A stretch of DNA of 27,602 nt from an uncultured Pseudomonadales bacterium (GCA_937998635.1 CALLDA010000223.1:1-27602), one strand, 5' to 3'. Shown: positions 9,208 to 19,710, numbered from the stretch's first letter. Notes: generated by a model not told the origin, from the sequence alone. A program made the numbers and translations.

Positions 9208-10155
9208 CTAGTTCTGATTATGGAAGAATTCAGCAAGAACTTTATCCGCACCCTTATCGAGCAAACGCTCAGCGAGTCCGATACCCAGCTCTTCCCCTGA
9301 GTGCACCTCGCCTGTCAATTGTTCAGATAAGATAATCCTGCCATCAACAGAACCGACCAGAGCGCGCAGAAATATCTGCTCGCCGATAATTTCGCCGTAG
9401 CACGCAACAGGTACCTGACAACCACCCTGTAGATGACGATTCACCGCCCGCTCTGCCTTGACGGCAAGGGCGGTCTGATGATCATGCAGTCTGTCAATCA
9501 GAGCGATTGTCTGATCATCGTCGGCGCGACACTCAATTCCGACCGCACCCTGCCCTGCCGCTGGTAAGGAAGTTTCAACGGGGATTTTCTGTCGAATTCG
9601 AGAGGCCATATCCAGCCTCAGTAAACCTGCGGTGGCGAGAATAATGGCGTCATAGTCACCACTGTCGAGCTTTGACAATCGAGTATTCACGTTACCCCGC
9701 AAATCGCGAATATCCAGATTCGGATACCGCGCCCGCAACTGGCATTGCCTGCGCAGACTTGATGTGCCCACGCGGGTACCAGGGGGAAGACTATCCAGAT
9801 TAGTATATTGCTGACTGACCAGTGCGTCGCGAGGGTCTTCTCGCGGGCAATACACCGGCAAAACTAAACCCTCAGGTAATTCCATCGGCACATCTTTCAT
9901 TGAGTGCACCGCAATATCGGCCTCACCCTCAAGCAGCGCCACTTCAAGCTCTTTAACAAACAAGCCCTTGCCGCCGACTTTTGACAGAGCTCTGTCGAGG
10001 ATGCGATCACCCTGTGTGGTGAAACCAATGATCGTGACATCCAGCCCGACATGAATCGACTCAAGTGCGCTTTTTACATAGTTTGCTTGCCACAGTGCCA
10101 GCGGGCTATTGCGACTGGCAATGCGCAAAATTTGACTCTGAGGAGAGGCTGTCAT
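9208..10155 (-). CDS. hemC: Hydroxymethylbilane synthase (porphobilinogen deaminase)
   Basis: [49 protein letters not shown] and cofactor-binding GGCQVP. Confidence 0.98.
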   Translation of the reverse strand: MTASPQSQILRIASRNSPLALWQANYVKSALESIHVGLDVTIIGFTTQGDRILDRALSKVGGKGLFVKELEVALLEGEADIAVHSMKDVPMELPEGLVLPVYCPREDPRDALVSQQYTNLDSLPPGTRVGTSSLRRQCQLRARYPNLDIRDLRGNVNTRLSKLDSGDYDAIILATAGLLRLDMASRIRQKIPVETSLPAAGQGAVGIECRADDDQTIALIDRLHDHQTALAVKAERAVNRHLQGGCQVPVACYGEIIGEQIFLRALVGSVDGRIILSEQLTGEVHSGEELGIGLAERLLDKGADKVLAEFFHNQN

Positions 10156-10328
10156 TTAGGGCTTATCCAAATCAATGAGGTTTTTCAGCCAGGTTGGCTA
10201 ACCGGGCCTACTGACCGAAATGAGCCTCACCTGGCCCACATGCGTACCGCCAAAAGGTCGGGCTTTTGTCGAAGAACAAGGCGATCAACAAAGCCACGAG
10301 GTTATCGACAAAAATAATAACAGAATGA

Positions 10329-11069
10329 TTAGAGATGCTCGATTAGCTTACGGACGATTGTCGCATGGCGGCGGCTCACTTGCGGGGTGATGTCCAGCCC
10401 GTTGAGGCGAATAAAATTTTGGCCATCTGAGTCTTTTATCAAGCCTTCAATATGACCGATTGAAACCAGTGCATTGCGGTGCACTCGCACGAACCTTCCC
10501 TCAAGCTCCCGCTCCAGATCTTTGAGTGTTTCATCCAGTAAGGCTTCTTCACCGTCTCCGCAGTAAGCCGTTACATATTTGTGATCTGCCTGAAACAACC
10601 TTACCTCGCTCAAAGCGATCAAATCTACCCCGCGCCGACTTTTAGCAGCGATGTGACTCCGACCGTTGGCAGCCATACTGGGATGTTGCTGCAATTCGGC
10701 TAGTTGGGCTTTATTTATCCGACGAGACTGATTCAGCGCCAGCTCAAGATCTGCCTGCTTAACCGGCTTTAATAAATAACCCGTCGCCTGAGAGGAAAAT
10801 GCTTCAACAGCGTAGTCACCATAGGCAGTACAAAATACCACTGCTGGTGGCGGATCAAGCTCTGCTAAATGATGGGCTGCGGCTAAACCATCCATACCCG
10901 GCATCCTGACGTCCATAAACACAACATCTGGCTGGTGGGCCTCGGCAAGACGAATCGCCTCCTGCCCATCACCGGCCTGGCCGACAATCCGCCTTCCACC
11001 CTGCATCATTATCATACGTATCAAGCGTTCGCGCGCCAGGGGTTCATCATCAACAATTAAAATATTCAC
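10329..11069 (-). CDS. algR: LytTR-family response regulator AlgR
   Basis: Receiver domain (IVDDEPLARERL, DVRMPGMDG, FCTAY, YLLKPV) plus LytTR domain (ADHKYV, FVRVHRNALV, VSRRH). Sits upstream of hemC as in Pseudomonas. Confidence 0.9.
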   Translation of the reverse strand: MNILIVDDEPLARERLIRMIMMQGGRRIVGQAGDGQEAIRLAEAHQPDVVFMDVRMPGMDGLAAAHHLAELDPPPAVVFCTAYGDYAVEAFSSQATGYLLKPVKQADLELALNQSRRINKAQLAELQQHPSMAANGRSHIAAKSRRGVDLIALSEVRLFQADHKYVTAYCGDGEEALLDETLKDLERELEGRFVRVHRNALVSIGHIEGLIKDSDGQNFIRLNGLDITPQVSRRHATIVRKLIEHL

Positions 11070-11075
11070 AGTCTC

Positions 11076-12179
11076 TCAACCACTTACCGGATAGCTAATA
11101 TGTGTTATGTAATGATCTTCCATAAGCTCTGACTCAACACCTGCCGTCGGCCCGAAGTGGGCTTTAAGACGGTACTGTACGTTTTTCATCGCCATTTTTC
11201 TTCCCTTATTATGCTGGATACGGGGGTTCCTCGGATTGCTAACATCTATAAGAATGCGACCTCTTGTTCTTTTAATCTTGATATCTATTTTACCGCCGTT
11301 CTGAATCAACTGGATACCATGATAAACCGCATTCTCCAAAACCGGCTGCAATGTCAAACAGGGGATTTTCGCGTCATCACCATAATCGCCAATCTGCCAC
11401 TCAGCGGTCAAGCGATCACCCAGGCGCATTTTTTCCAGCGCCAGGTAACGCCGACACAAGGATAATTCTTCGCGCAGCGGAATTAAGGTTTGTGAACCGG
11501 TCAAAACACTGCGAAATAAATCTGATAAATCTTCGACTGCCCGCTCAGCTTTCTCTGGATCTGAGCCAATTAAGCTAGCGATAACATTCATACTATTGAA
11601 CAAAAAATGCGGCCTGATTCGCGCCTGATGAGTCTCAATACCGGCTTCTTTTGCAGACAATTCTTCTACCCGTGCCTGTTGTTGAATAAATAAATAGCGC
11701 AACAAAATAGCCACCGGCACCACCGCCATAAGGATGATTTCGTAGACACTGGAGAATCCGTACCGACGTTCCGGAAAAGCAAAGGACATCGCTTGCTGGG
11801 CAATAACTGCAGAGATTCCGACCACAATCATCACCAGAGCAGCGGCCAGTAATGCACTTCTACCGGGACGGGAGTTGCTCAAAAATTGTTCGCCGATAGT
11901 CAGCACCAGAGCACTAAACAGGGCTACGCCCATAGCAAACAAAGAGACTTGCCCAAACAGTCCCCAATCAAAACCAAACACCCCACTTTTGCCCAGGACG
12001 AAAAACACGCAAAGCGCCAGGGTAATGACAATGATATCCAACAGGCCTTCCCCTCGATACAAATCGGGGAAAAAATAGTCTTCTCCACCCCGTGAAGAGG
12101 TGCGTTGTAGGGGAAGTAGCTGATCTTTCCAGTTCAATAGGTAATCCTCGCCTTTTAACACCAGCGCTTCATTGTCCAT
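11076..12179 (-). CDS. algZ: LytS-family sensor histidine kinase FimS/AlgZ
   Basis: Four TM segments, QARIRPHFLFNSMN (H box), ELSLCRRYLALEKMRLGDRL and LQPVLENAVYHG. The start is probably ATG 12179 or 12209; the ORF-track extension to 12449 overlaps argH and is not credible. Confidence 0.88.
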   Translation of the reverse strand: MDNEALVLKGEDYLLNWKDQLLPLQRTSSRGGEDYFFPDLYRGEGLLDIIVITLALCVFFVLGKSGVFGFDWGLFGQVSLFAMGVALFSALVLTIGEQFLSNSRPGRSALLAAALVMIVVGISAVIAQQAMSFAFPERRYGFSSVYEIILMAVVPVAILLRYLFIQQQARVEELSAKEAGIETHQARIRPHFLFNSMNVIASLIGSDPEKAERAVEDLSDLFRSVLTGSQTLIPLREELSLCRRYLALEKMRLGDRLTAEWQIGDYGDDAKIPCLTLQPVLENAVYHGIQLIQNGGKIDIKIKRTRGRILIDVSNPRNPRIQHNKGRKMAMKNVQYRLKAHFGPTAGVESELMEDHYITHISYPVSG

Positions 12180-12257
12180 TGATTTCGCTATAATGCCAGC
12201 ACTGAGCATGCTACCAACCCTTTGGATCCAGCCATTATATTTAACATAGAGGTGATA

Positions 12258-13658
12258 ATGAGCGGAAAAAAACCCGCAAACAAGGCCTGGGGCGGCCGAT
12301 TTAGTGAAGCAACTGACGAATTTGTTACCCGCTTCACAGCTTCCATCACATTTGATCAGCGACTCTACAAACAAGACATCCGTGGCTCCCTCGCTCATGC
12401 CCACATGCTCCATGAGGTCAAACTCATCAATGATGACGAATTCCGCCAAATCAAGGTTGGCCTGGCCAGCATTTTAGAAGATATTGAAAGCGGATTATTT
12501 GAATGGTCGGTGGAGCTCGAAGACGTCCATATGAATATAGAGGCAGCCCTGACCGCCAAAATCGGCGAGGCGGGCAAGAAGCTTCACACCGGACGCTCAC
12601 GCAATGATCAGGTCGCTACCGATATCCGACTTTGGCTAAGAGACGAAATCACCGACATCCACACTCAATTAATTCGCCTGCAAAACGGCTTACTCGATCT
12701 CGCCGAACGTGAAGCTGCAACCATCATGCCCGGTTTCACCCACTTACAAACCGCGCAACCGGTAACATTCGGCCACCATATGATGGCCTGGTTTGAAATG
12801 CTGGATCGAGATAAAGGCCGCCTACAGGATTGCCTTAAGCGTTTGAACCGCTCACCTCTGGGTGCCGCAGCCCTGGCTGGTACCACTTTCCCCATTGACC
12901 GTGAGCTCACTGCCAGCCTGTTAGACTTCGATGGCCCGACGGCCAATTCACTGGATTCAGTCAGTGATCGGGATTTTGCGATTGAATTCTGTGCCTTCGC
13001 CAGCCTGCTAATGACACATCTTTCCCGAGCCTCAGAAGAATTAATTTTATGGGCCTCGGCTCAATTTTCATTCATCGACCTGCCCGACCGCTTTTGCACC
13101 GGCTCATCAATTATGCCCCAGAAGAAAAACCCCGATGTACCTGAGTTAGTGCGCGGCAAAACCGGGCGGGTTTATGGCCACCTGATGGGCCTGCTAACCC
13201 TAATGAAAGGCCAACCTCTGGCTTACAACAAAGATAACCAGGAAGACAAAGAACCGCTTTTTGATGCTGTTGATACAGTAAGCGACTGCCTGAGGGCATT
13301 TGCCGATATGATCCCGGCGATCGAGGTAAAAGCTGACAATATGCGAGAAGCAGCCTTGCGAGGCTATTCAACCGCCACCGATCTGGCCGACTATCTGGTC
13401 AACAGAGGCATCGCCTTCAGGGATGCCCACGAGGTTGTTGGCAAGGCCGTGGCCTTTGGCATTGCTCACAACAAAGATTTAGCCGAGCTATCCCTGGCGC
13501 AATTGCGCGCTTTTCATCCTTCTATCCAGGAAGATGTTTTTGGCGTACTTACATTGGAAGGCTCAGTCAGCAGTAGAAATCATGTCGGCGGTACCGCTCC
13601 GGAGCAGGTAAAAAAAGCTGTTGCTGCTGCTCGCACAATGCAATCTTTAGAAAAATGA
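12258..13658 (+). CDS. argH: Argininosuccinate lyase
   Basis: [39 protein letters not shown] and signature [15 protein letters not shown] at 12258 follows GAGGTG. Confidence 0.98.
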   Translation: MSGKKPANKAWGGRFSEATDEFVTRFTASITFDQRLYKQDIRGSLAHAHMLHEVKLINDDEFRQIKVGLASILEDIESGLFEWSVELEDVHMNIEAALTAKIGEAGKKLHTGRSRNDQVATDIRLWLRDEITDIHTQLIRLQNGLLDLAEREAATIMPGFTHLQTAQPVTFGHHMMAWFEMLDRDKGRLQDCLKRLNRSPLGAAALAGTTFPIDRELTASLLDFDGPTANSLDSVSDRDFAIEFCAFASLLMTHLSRASEELILWASAQFSFIDLPDRFCTGSSIMPQKKNPDVPELVRGKTGRVYGHLMGLLTLMKGQPLAYNKDNQEDKEPLFDAVDTVSDCLRAFADMIPAIEVKADNMREAALRGYSTATDLADYLVNRGIAFRDAHEVVGKAVAFGIAHNKDLAELSLAQLRAFHPSIQEDVFGVLTLEGSVSSRNHVGGTAPEQVKKAVAAARTMQSLEK

Positions 13659-13839
13659 TGAGGAACGTATCCTTCTTGACTGGATAGCCAAACTGAATTG
13701 TCATACTTGGCTCAAGCTTTTATCGGACGCAAACTCAGCAAGTTTCAGGCTGTCCCCAACCCACTATTGATCAATCTCCGATTGAGTATAGAAGCCCGCA
13801 ACCGGTATACTCCGGCCCTTGCCACGAGGGCTTCGCACT

Positions 13840-14064
13840 ATGAAATTTCGTTACGCCACCAAACATTCAACCTTCGTGGTTTTTTTGCTGTTGTGTCTAG
13901 GCGGGCTTGGCATTGGCGGCTTAAGTGCCTGCGGTAATAAAGGCCCACTCTATATCCCGGCACCTCCGGTAGAACAGCAACCCGCTCCAGCTGAACGACA
14001 AGTGCCTGCACAAGACGAATCTTCCACTAGCTCCCCCCCTGTAAGTGAATCACCTGCAACCTAG
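13840..14064 (+). CDS. lptM: Small outer-membrane lipoprotein LptM (YifL/LppL family)
   Basis: Signal peptide with lipobox LSA-C followed by GNKGPLYIP, the family motif CGxKGPLYxP. Pro/Gln/Ser-rich tail. Located upstream of lysA-dapF. Confidence 0.85.
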   Translation: MKFRYATKHSTFVVFLLLCLGGLGIGGLSACGNKGPLYIPAPPVEQQPAPAERQVPAQDESSTSSPPVSESPAT

Positions 14065-14091
14065 ACCCTGGTAACTTCAGCCACTCAAACC

Positions 14092-15348
14092 ATGAATCAC
14101 TTCGCCTACTCCAAAGGCCGGTTGTATGCAGAAGGCGTACCACTGACCGACATTGCATCCCAGTACGGGACTCCGGCGTATGTGTATTCGAAACAGGCGC
14201 TGAGCGACCATTTTTTAGCCTATCAGCAAGCACTAACTGGCAAATCACATCTCATCTGTTATGCGGTAAAAGCCAACTCAAACCTGGCCGTGCTCAAGGT
14301 GTTAAGCGATCTAGGTGCGGGTTTTGATATTGTTTCCGCTGGCGAATTACAACGGGTTTTGAGAGCCGGTGGGCGTGCGGATAAAACCGTTTTTTCTGGC
14401 GTCGGCAAACGCGCCGATGAAATCGAGTACGCACTCAAAGTCGGTATCCATTGCTTTAACGTCGAATCTGAAGGTGAGCTGGATCAAATCCAGCGTATCG
14501 CGGCTCGCCTCAATGTCGTTGCCGCAGTGTCTCTGCGTGTTAACCCAGATGTTGATGCCCTGACCCACCCCTATATTTCCACCGGTCTAAAAGAAAATAA
14601 ATTTGGTATTGATATCGACACGGCTGTGTCTGTCTACCAGCGCGCTGCTGAATTAAGTCATATAGAAGTCATCGGTGTTGATTGCCATATCGGCTCACAG
14701 CTCACCGAAATCGCACCTTTTATCGACGCCCTTGATCGCACCCTGGCACTGGTCGATAAATTAGCTGAGTCCGGTATCGCCATCAAGCATCTGGATTTAG
14801 GTGGTGGTCTGGGTGTCTGTTACAGAGACGAATCCCCACCACCCATCGGCGACTATATTGCCGCAATACTTGACAAATTACGCTATCACGACTTGACTCT
14901 GATCCTGGAGCCAGGTCGCTCTATAGCCGCCAATGCCGGTATATTGCTGAGTAAAGTCGAATATATTAAAAATAACGGCGATAAAAAATTCGCTGTGATT
15001 GATGCTGCGATGAACGACATGATCAGACCCGCGTTGTATGAAGCCTGGTTAAATATTGAATCCGTTCTCCATGAAGAAAGTGAGACCGAGGACATTTATG
15101 ATATCGTCGGCCCGGTCTGTGAAACCGGTGATTTCCTCGGTAAGGATCGTCGCCTTGCCATCAAGCCCGGCGACCTGCTTTGCATCCACTCAGCGGGCGC
15201 TTACGGTTTTACTATGAGCTCAAACTACAATTCGCGACCACGAGCCCCTGAAATCATGGTCGATCAAGAAATTGCACACCTGGTCAGAGAGAGGGAATCT
15301 ATCGACAGCTTGATGCAGGGAGAGCAGACGCTGCCAGAAGCACAATGA
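14092..15348 (+). CDS. lysA: Diaminopimelate decarboxylase
   Basis: PLP lysine motif YAVKANSN, GFDIVSAGE, HPYISTGLKENKFG, HIGSQ, DLGGG, EPGRS, GPVCETGD and GAYG. Confidence 0.98.
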   Translation: MNHFAYSKGRLYAEGVPLTDIASQYGTPAYVYSKQALSDHFLAYQQALTGKSHLICYAVKANSNLAVLKVLSDLGAGFDIVSAGELQRVLRAGGRADKTVFSGVGKRADEIEYALKVGIHCFNVESEGELDQIQRIAARLNVVAAVSLRVNPDVDALTHPYISTGLKENKFGIDIDTAVSVYQRAAELSHIEVIGVDCHIGSQLTEIAPFIDALDRTLALVDKLAESGIAIKHLDLGGGLGVCYRDESPPPIGDYIAAILDKLRYHDLTLILEPGRSIAANAGILLSKVEYIKNNGDKKFAVIDAAMNDMIRPALYEAWLNIESVLHEESETEDIYDIVGPVCETGDFLGKDRRLAIKPGDLLCIHSAGAYGFTMSSNYNSRPRAPEIMVDQEIAHLVRERESIDSLMQGEQTLPEAQ

Positions 15349-16178
15349 TATCCATTCGATTTACAAAAATGCATGGTCTTGGCAATGACTTTGTCGTCAT
15401 TGACGGCGTTTCTCAAGCCATCGATATGAGCTCCACCCTGGCACGTAAACTCGCCGACCGCCACCGTGGTGTCGGCTGCGACCAAATTTTGCTGGTGGAA
15501 CCACCCACCACCCCCAACGTTGACTTTCAATACCGTATTTTTAACGCCGACGGCAGTGAAGTCGCCCAGTGTGGCAACGGCGCACGCTGCTTTGCCAAGT
15601 TTGTTCGGGATCAGAAACTCAGCGGTAAAACCCATCTCAAGGTCCAGACCCATGCAGGCATATTAGAACTGCACATTGATGATGGCGAAGATATCGCCGT
15701 AGAGATGGGGGTTCCGGTATTTGAGCCAGGCGGCATTCCTCTCAAGCGGGATAAGGCACAAACACTTTATCCACTGAATATTAATGGCGCTGTTTACCAA
15801 CTCGCAGCACTGTCTTTGGGTAATCCTCATGCTGTATTACAGGTCGATGGCATTGCCAGCGCGCCGGTCGCCGAATTAGGCCCGCTAATAGAAAGCCACC
15901 CCGACTTCCCAGAAAAAGTTAACGCCGGATTTATGGAAATCGTATCGCGCCGGGAAATAAAACTCAGAGTCTATGAACGTGGTGCCGGCGAAACCCAGGC
16001 TTGCGGCAGTGGCGCCTGCGCTGCCGTTGTGGCAGGTATCCAGCAAGACCTGTTAGACTCGTCGGTAACTGTTTATCTAAAAGGCGGTCAGCTAGACATT
16101 TCATGGCAGGGTGAAGGCCAGGCCGTTACCATGACGGGACCAGCGACCACTGTATTTCAAGGGCGAATAAAAATATGA
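15345..16178 (+). CDS. dapF: Diaminopimelate epimerase
   Basis: FTKMHGLGNDF, GVGCDQ, NADGSEVAQCGNGARC, GNPHAV, ERGAGETQACGSGACA. ATGA overlap with lysA. Confidence 0.98.
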   Translation: MISIRFTKMHGLGNDFVVIDGVSQAIDMSSTLARKLADRHRGVGCDQILLVEPPTTPNVDFQYRIFNADGSEVAQCGNGARCFAKFVRDQKLSGKTHLKVQTHAGILELHIDDGEDIAVEMGVPVFEPGGIPLKRDKAQTLYPLNINGAVYQLAALSLGNPHAVLQVDGIASAPVAELGPLIESHPDFPEKVNAGFMEIVSRREIKLRVYERGAGETQACGSGACAAVVAGIQQDLLDSSVTVYLKGGQLDISWQGEGQAVTMTGPATTVFQGRIKI

Positions 16179-16873
16179 GCGATACCGACAAGCCCCAGCG
16201 ACGGCGCGATACGGAACTCAGCGCCGAGCAGGTGAGTGCTTTTCTGAGTGCTAACCCCGATTTTTTCGATCAACACCCAGAGCTTATTGAGCGCCTTGAA
16301 CTCCCCCACGAAAGCGGTAAAGCAGTATCCCTGATCGAGCGACAGATCAGTGTGCTCCGCGAACGTAATATGGAAATGCGCGCACGGCTCAATAACCTCC
16401 TCGAATCTGCTCGCGACAACGACAAACTATTTGAGAAGACCAAACGCTTAGTGCTAAGTATTCTCGAAGCTCCCAATCTCGATGCCATCGTTACCACACT
16501 CTACGACAGCCTCGGCACCGACTTTAGGGTTGAATACCACAAACTTATCCTCCTGGGCGACCAGGACAAAATCCCCACCAGTCACGCCCGGGTCGTGGGT
16601 CTGGATGAAGCCCAAAGTGCCATCGGCACCCTGCTGCGAACGAATCGGGCGATCTGTGGTGTGCTCCGCCAGGACGAACTTGAGTTTTTGTTCGGCGATG
16701 ATGCGGATAAAATCGGATCGGTGGCTGCCGTGCCGCTTTGTCACGGTAACATTTTTGGCATCCTGGCTGTCGGCAACAGCGATCCAAATCATTATCGCAG
16801 CAGCATGGGCACCTTGTTTTTAAGCTATATTGCCGAAGTCCTTAATAGAGTCGCACCTAAGTTACTGAGCTAA
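16175..16873 (+). CDS. DUF484 family protein (YigA-like)
   Basis: NPDFF, AVSLIERQ and MGTLFLSYI motifs. Conserved position between dapF and xerC, with ATGA overlap. Confidence 0.9.
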   Translation: MSDTDKPQRRRDTELSAEQVSAFLSANPDFFDQHPELIERLELPHESGKAVSLIERQISVLRERNMEMRARLNNLLESARDNDKLFEKTKRLVLSILEAPNLDAIVTTLYDSLGTDFRVEYHKLILLGDQDKIPTSHARVVGLDEAQSAIGTLLRTNRAICGVLRQDELEFLFGDDADKIGSVAAVPLCHGNIFGILAVGNSDPNHYRSSMGTLFLSYIAEVLNRVAPKLLS

Positions 16874-16878
16874 TCCTT

Positions 16879-17868
16879 ATGGGCTCTGAAGCCGATAAAA
16901 GTTCAAAGCCCGTCAACTTAAGCTCCGCCAACTTAAGCCCAGACCTTTCGGTTCCCAATAAAACCGAGCTAGCCAGTTTTAAACATTACCTTACCTCGGA
17001 GCGTACTTTATCGCCCCACACTGTCACTAATTACCTCCGGGATTTAGGCAAATTAAGCCACTGGACCCAGGCTGAAAACCTGCAATCCCTCAAGCAAATC
17101 GACAGCCTCCATATTCGCCAATGTCTGGCCGATTTGCATAAAGGCGGACTCGGCGGCGCTAGCTTGCAACGCTGGTTATCCTCACTACGGGCTTTTTTTC
17201 GCTATGCCATTCGCAAACAATGGCTAGAGTCTGACCCCAGTGTTGGCATTAACGCCCCGAAAAAAAACCGTCGACTACCCAAAGTCCTGGACGTCGACCA
17301 GACCGATCAATTTATGGAGGTACCCGGTAGCAGCTGGTTAGCCCATCGCGATCGGGCCATGATTGAATTGTTCTATTCCTCGGGTTTACGCCTGGCTGAA
17401 CTCGCCAGTCTTAACATCGACAATCTTGACTTCGCCGATCATACCGTCACCGTGCTGGGCAAAGGTAATAAAACCAGAACCCTTCCGGTCGGCACACCGG
17501 CCCTATTGAGACTTCGCGAGTGGTTAGGTATACGCCCACAGCGACCGGGTTCCAGCACTGGTGCGGAGGATCAACAAGCATTATTTTTAAGTCAGCGTGG
17601 TCAACGCCTGAGCCATCGAGCTATTCAACAAAGACTTGCTCGCCTGAGCGCCAGGCAAGGTCTTGACCAGCGGGTGAACCCCCATATGCTACGTCATTCT
17701 TTTGCGAGCCACTTACTTGAATCCAGTGGTGATCTACGTGCCGTTCAGGAATTGCTGGGCCATGCAAATCTGTCCACGACACAAATCTATACTCACCTTG
17801 ATTTCCAGCACCTGGCGAAAACCTACGACCAGGCCCATCCTCGGGCATTGCGCAAAAAAAACGTCTGA
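16879..17868 (+). CDS. xerC: Chromosomal tyrosine recombinase XerC
   Basis: RDRAMIELFYSSGLRLAEL, GKGNKTR, PHMLRHSFASHLLESSGDLRAVQELLGHANLSTTQIYTH (R-H-x-x-R-H-Y intact). Context dapF-DUF484-xerC. Confidence 0.95.
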   Translation: MGSEADKSSKPVNLSSANLSPDLSVPNKTELASFKHYLTSERTLSPHTVTNYLRDLGKLSHWTQAENLQSLKQIDSLHIRQCLADLHKGGLGGASLQRWLSSLRAFFRYAIRKQWLESDPSVGINAPKKNRRLPKVLDVDQTDQFMEVPGSSWLAHRDRAMIELFYSSGLRLAELASLNIDNLDFADHTVTVLGKGNKTRTLPVGTPALLRLREWLGIRPQRPGSSTGAEDQQALFLSQRGQRLSHRAIQQRLARLSARQGLDQRVNPHMLRHSFASHLLESSGDLRAVQELLGHANLSTTQIYTHLDFQHLAKTYDQAHPRALRKKNV

Positions 17869-17893
17869 TTAACCCAGTTGCGCGCGTCTAACG

Positions 17894-18235
<342 letters not shown>

Positions 18236-18393
18236 TTATTCCTCGTTGTTTACAGTGGCAAGTCCCACCCTGAATTCAGGGCCAGAACTTCAAATCAGAA
18301 TGCTCAATTAAAACTTGGCCCAGCGGCTCAAACGGGGAAAAAGATACACTTTTCCGCATCATAATGCATCTGTTCAAAATCAATGTGAGGCAG

Positions 18394-18423
18394 AAACAAA
18401 AACGGGGGACTTAAAGTCCCCCG
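18394..18423 (-). terminator. Intrinsic terminator after amtB
   Basis: Stem CGGGGGAC-TTAAA-GTCCCCCG (18403-18423), followed on the minus strand by TTTTTGTTT. Confidence 0.85.
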
Positions 18424-18444
18424 AAAGTAGGTATTAATGTCACT

Positions 18445-19710
18445 TTATTTTACAGTCGTAAACTCTGGATAGGCCTCCATACCACACTCAGACATATCCA
18501 CACCTTCGTACTCTTCCTCTTCGCTAACCCGAATGCCTACAGTCGCTTTAAGAATGAACCAGACCAACAAGCTCGCACCGAAGACCCAGGCAAAGATGAC
18601 CCCGATACCCAGTAATTGAGCGCCTAAACTAGCATCAGGGTTGCTTAAGCAAACCGCTAATAAACCCCAGATACCCACAACACCGTGGACTGAGATAGCA
18701 CCCACTGGGTCATCGATACGAATTTTATCCATTGCAACTACTGAAAATACCACGAGAACACCACCGATACCGCCTATTAGGGTGGACAACATAGGTCCAG
18801 GAGTCAGCGGCTCAGCGGTGATAGCCACTAAACCGGCCAATGCGCCGTTTATGGCCATGGTTAGATCAGCTTTACCAAACATCACACGGGCCATGAGCAA
18901 CGCGGCAATCAGTCCCGCAGCGGCAGCGGCATTGGTATTGACAAAAATATCTGCCACCGCGTTAGCTTCGCCAATATCGGAGACCTTCAGCTCAGAGCCG
19001 CCATTAAAACCGAACCAGCCCACCCAGAGCACAAACATACCTAGGGCAGCGAGTGGCATATTAGCACCTGGAATAGCCTTCACAGATCCATCAGCACCAT
19101 ACTTACCCTTGCGTGCACCCAAAAGCAGCACACCAGCCAGGGCAGCAGCGGCACCCGTCATATGCACCACACCGGAACCGGCAAAATCAAGGAAACCGGC
19201 GGCGTCAAGAAATCCACCACCCCATTTCCACATGCCCTGTACTGGATAAATAACGCCCGTCATCACCACGGCAAAACCCAGGAAAGCCCAGAGTTTCATG
19301 CGCTCAGCGACCGCGCCCGAGACAATCGACATTGCTGTAGCAACAAAAACCACCTGGAAGAAGAAGTCAGAGGCACCAGAATAGTAAGTGTAGTCATCCG
19401 CATCAGCAGCGGCGCCAGCCAGTACTTCTTCAGGGGAAGCATTGGCGATGGTGTTGCCAAACCAGCTATCCGGGAAAAAACCACCCTCAGAGCCACCATA
19501 CATAATGGTGTAGCCCATAATCAGATACATCACACAGGACACCGCGTACAGCGCCACGTTTTTAGTCAAAATTTCAGTGGTATTTTTGGCTCGAACCAGC
19601 CCGGCTTCCAGCATGGTAAAACCGGCTGCCATCCACATCACCAGTGCACCACACACCAGGAAATAGAAGGTATCCAGCGCGTACTTAATTTGAATAATAT
19701 CGCTTTCCAT
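18445..19710 (-). CDS. amtB: Ammonium transporter AmtB
   Basis: WMAAGFTMLEAG, SIVSGAVAER, DFAGSGVVH, GWFGFNGGS and DDPVGAISVHG. The twin-His pair is present. Confidence 0.97.
   Translation of the reverse strand: MESDIIQIKYALDTFYFLVCGALVMWMAAGFTMLEAGLVRAKNTTEILTKNVALYAVSCVMYLIMGYTIMYGGSEGGFFPDSWFGNTIANASPEEVLAGAAADADDYTYYSGASDFFFQVVFVATAMSIVSGAVAERMKLWAFLGFAVVMTGVIYPVQGMWKWGGGFLDAAGFLDFAGSGVVHMTGAAAALAGVLLLGARKGKYGADGSVKAIPGANMPLAALGMFVLWVGWFGFNGGSELKVSDIGEANAVADIFVNTNAAAAAGLIAALLMARVMFGKADLTMAINGALAGLVAITAEPLTPGPMLSTLIGGIGGVLVVFSVVAMDKIRIDDPVGAISVHGVVGIWGLLAVCLSNPDASLGAQLLGIGVIFAWVFGASLLVWFILKATVGIRVSEEEEYEGVDMSECGMEAYPEFTTVK

Noticed and set aside
10203-10234. GGUCAG-containing hairpin resembling SRP (4.5S) RNA helix 8
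   Set aside because: It lacks the GGAA tetraloop and the GCAG internal-loop partner.
12180-12449. N-terminal extension of the 457-aa minus-strand ORF (11076-12449)
   Set aside because: It overlaps argH antisense and shows no sensor-like sequence. The kinase plausibly starts at 12179 or 12209.
13766-13785. ATTGATCAAT palindrome upstream of lptM as an FNR/Anr site
   Set aside because: It lacks the 4-nt spacer between half-sites.
16879-17868. Tyrosine recombinase as a sign of a mobile element or integron
   Set aside because: Its sequence and dapF-DUF484-xerC context identify housekeeping XerC. I saw no att sites, cassettes or cargo genes.
18370-18383. FNR/Anr-like box TTGAT-N4-AACAG upstream of the second PII gene
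   Set aside because: Only an 8/10 match, and not at the usual -41.5 position relative to the nearest -10-like TATGAT.
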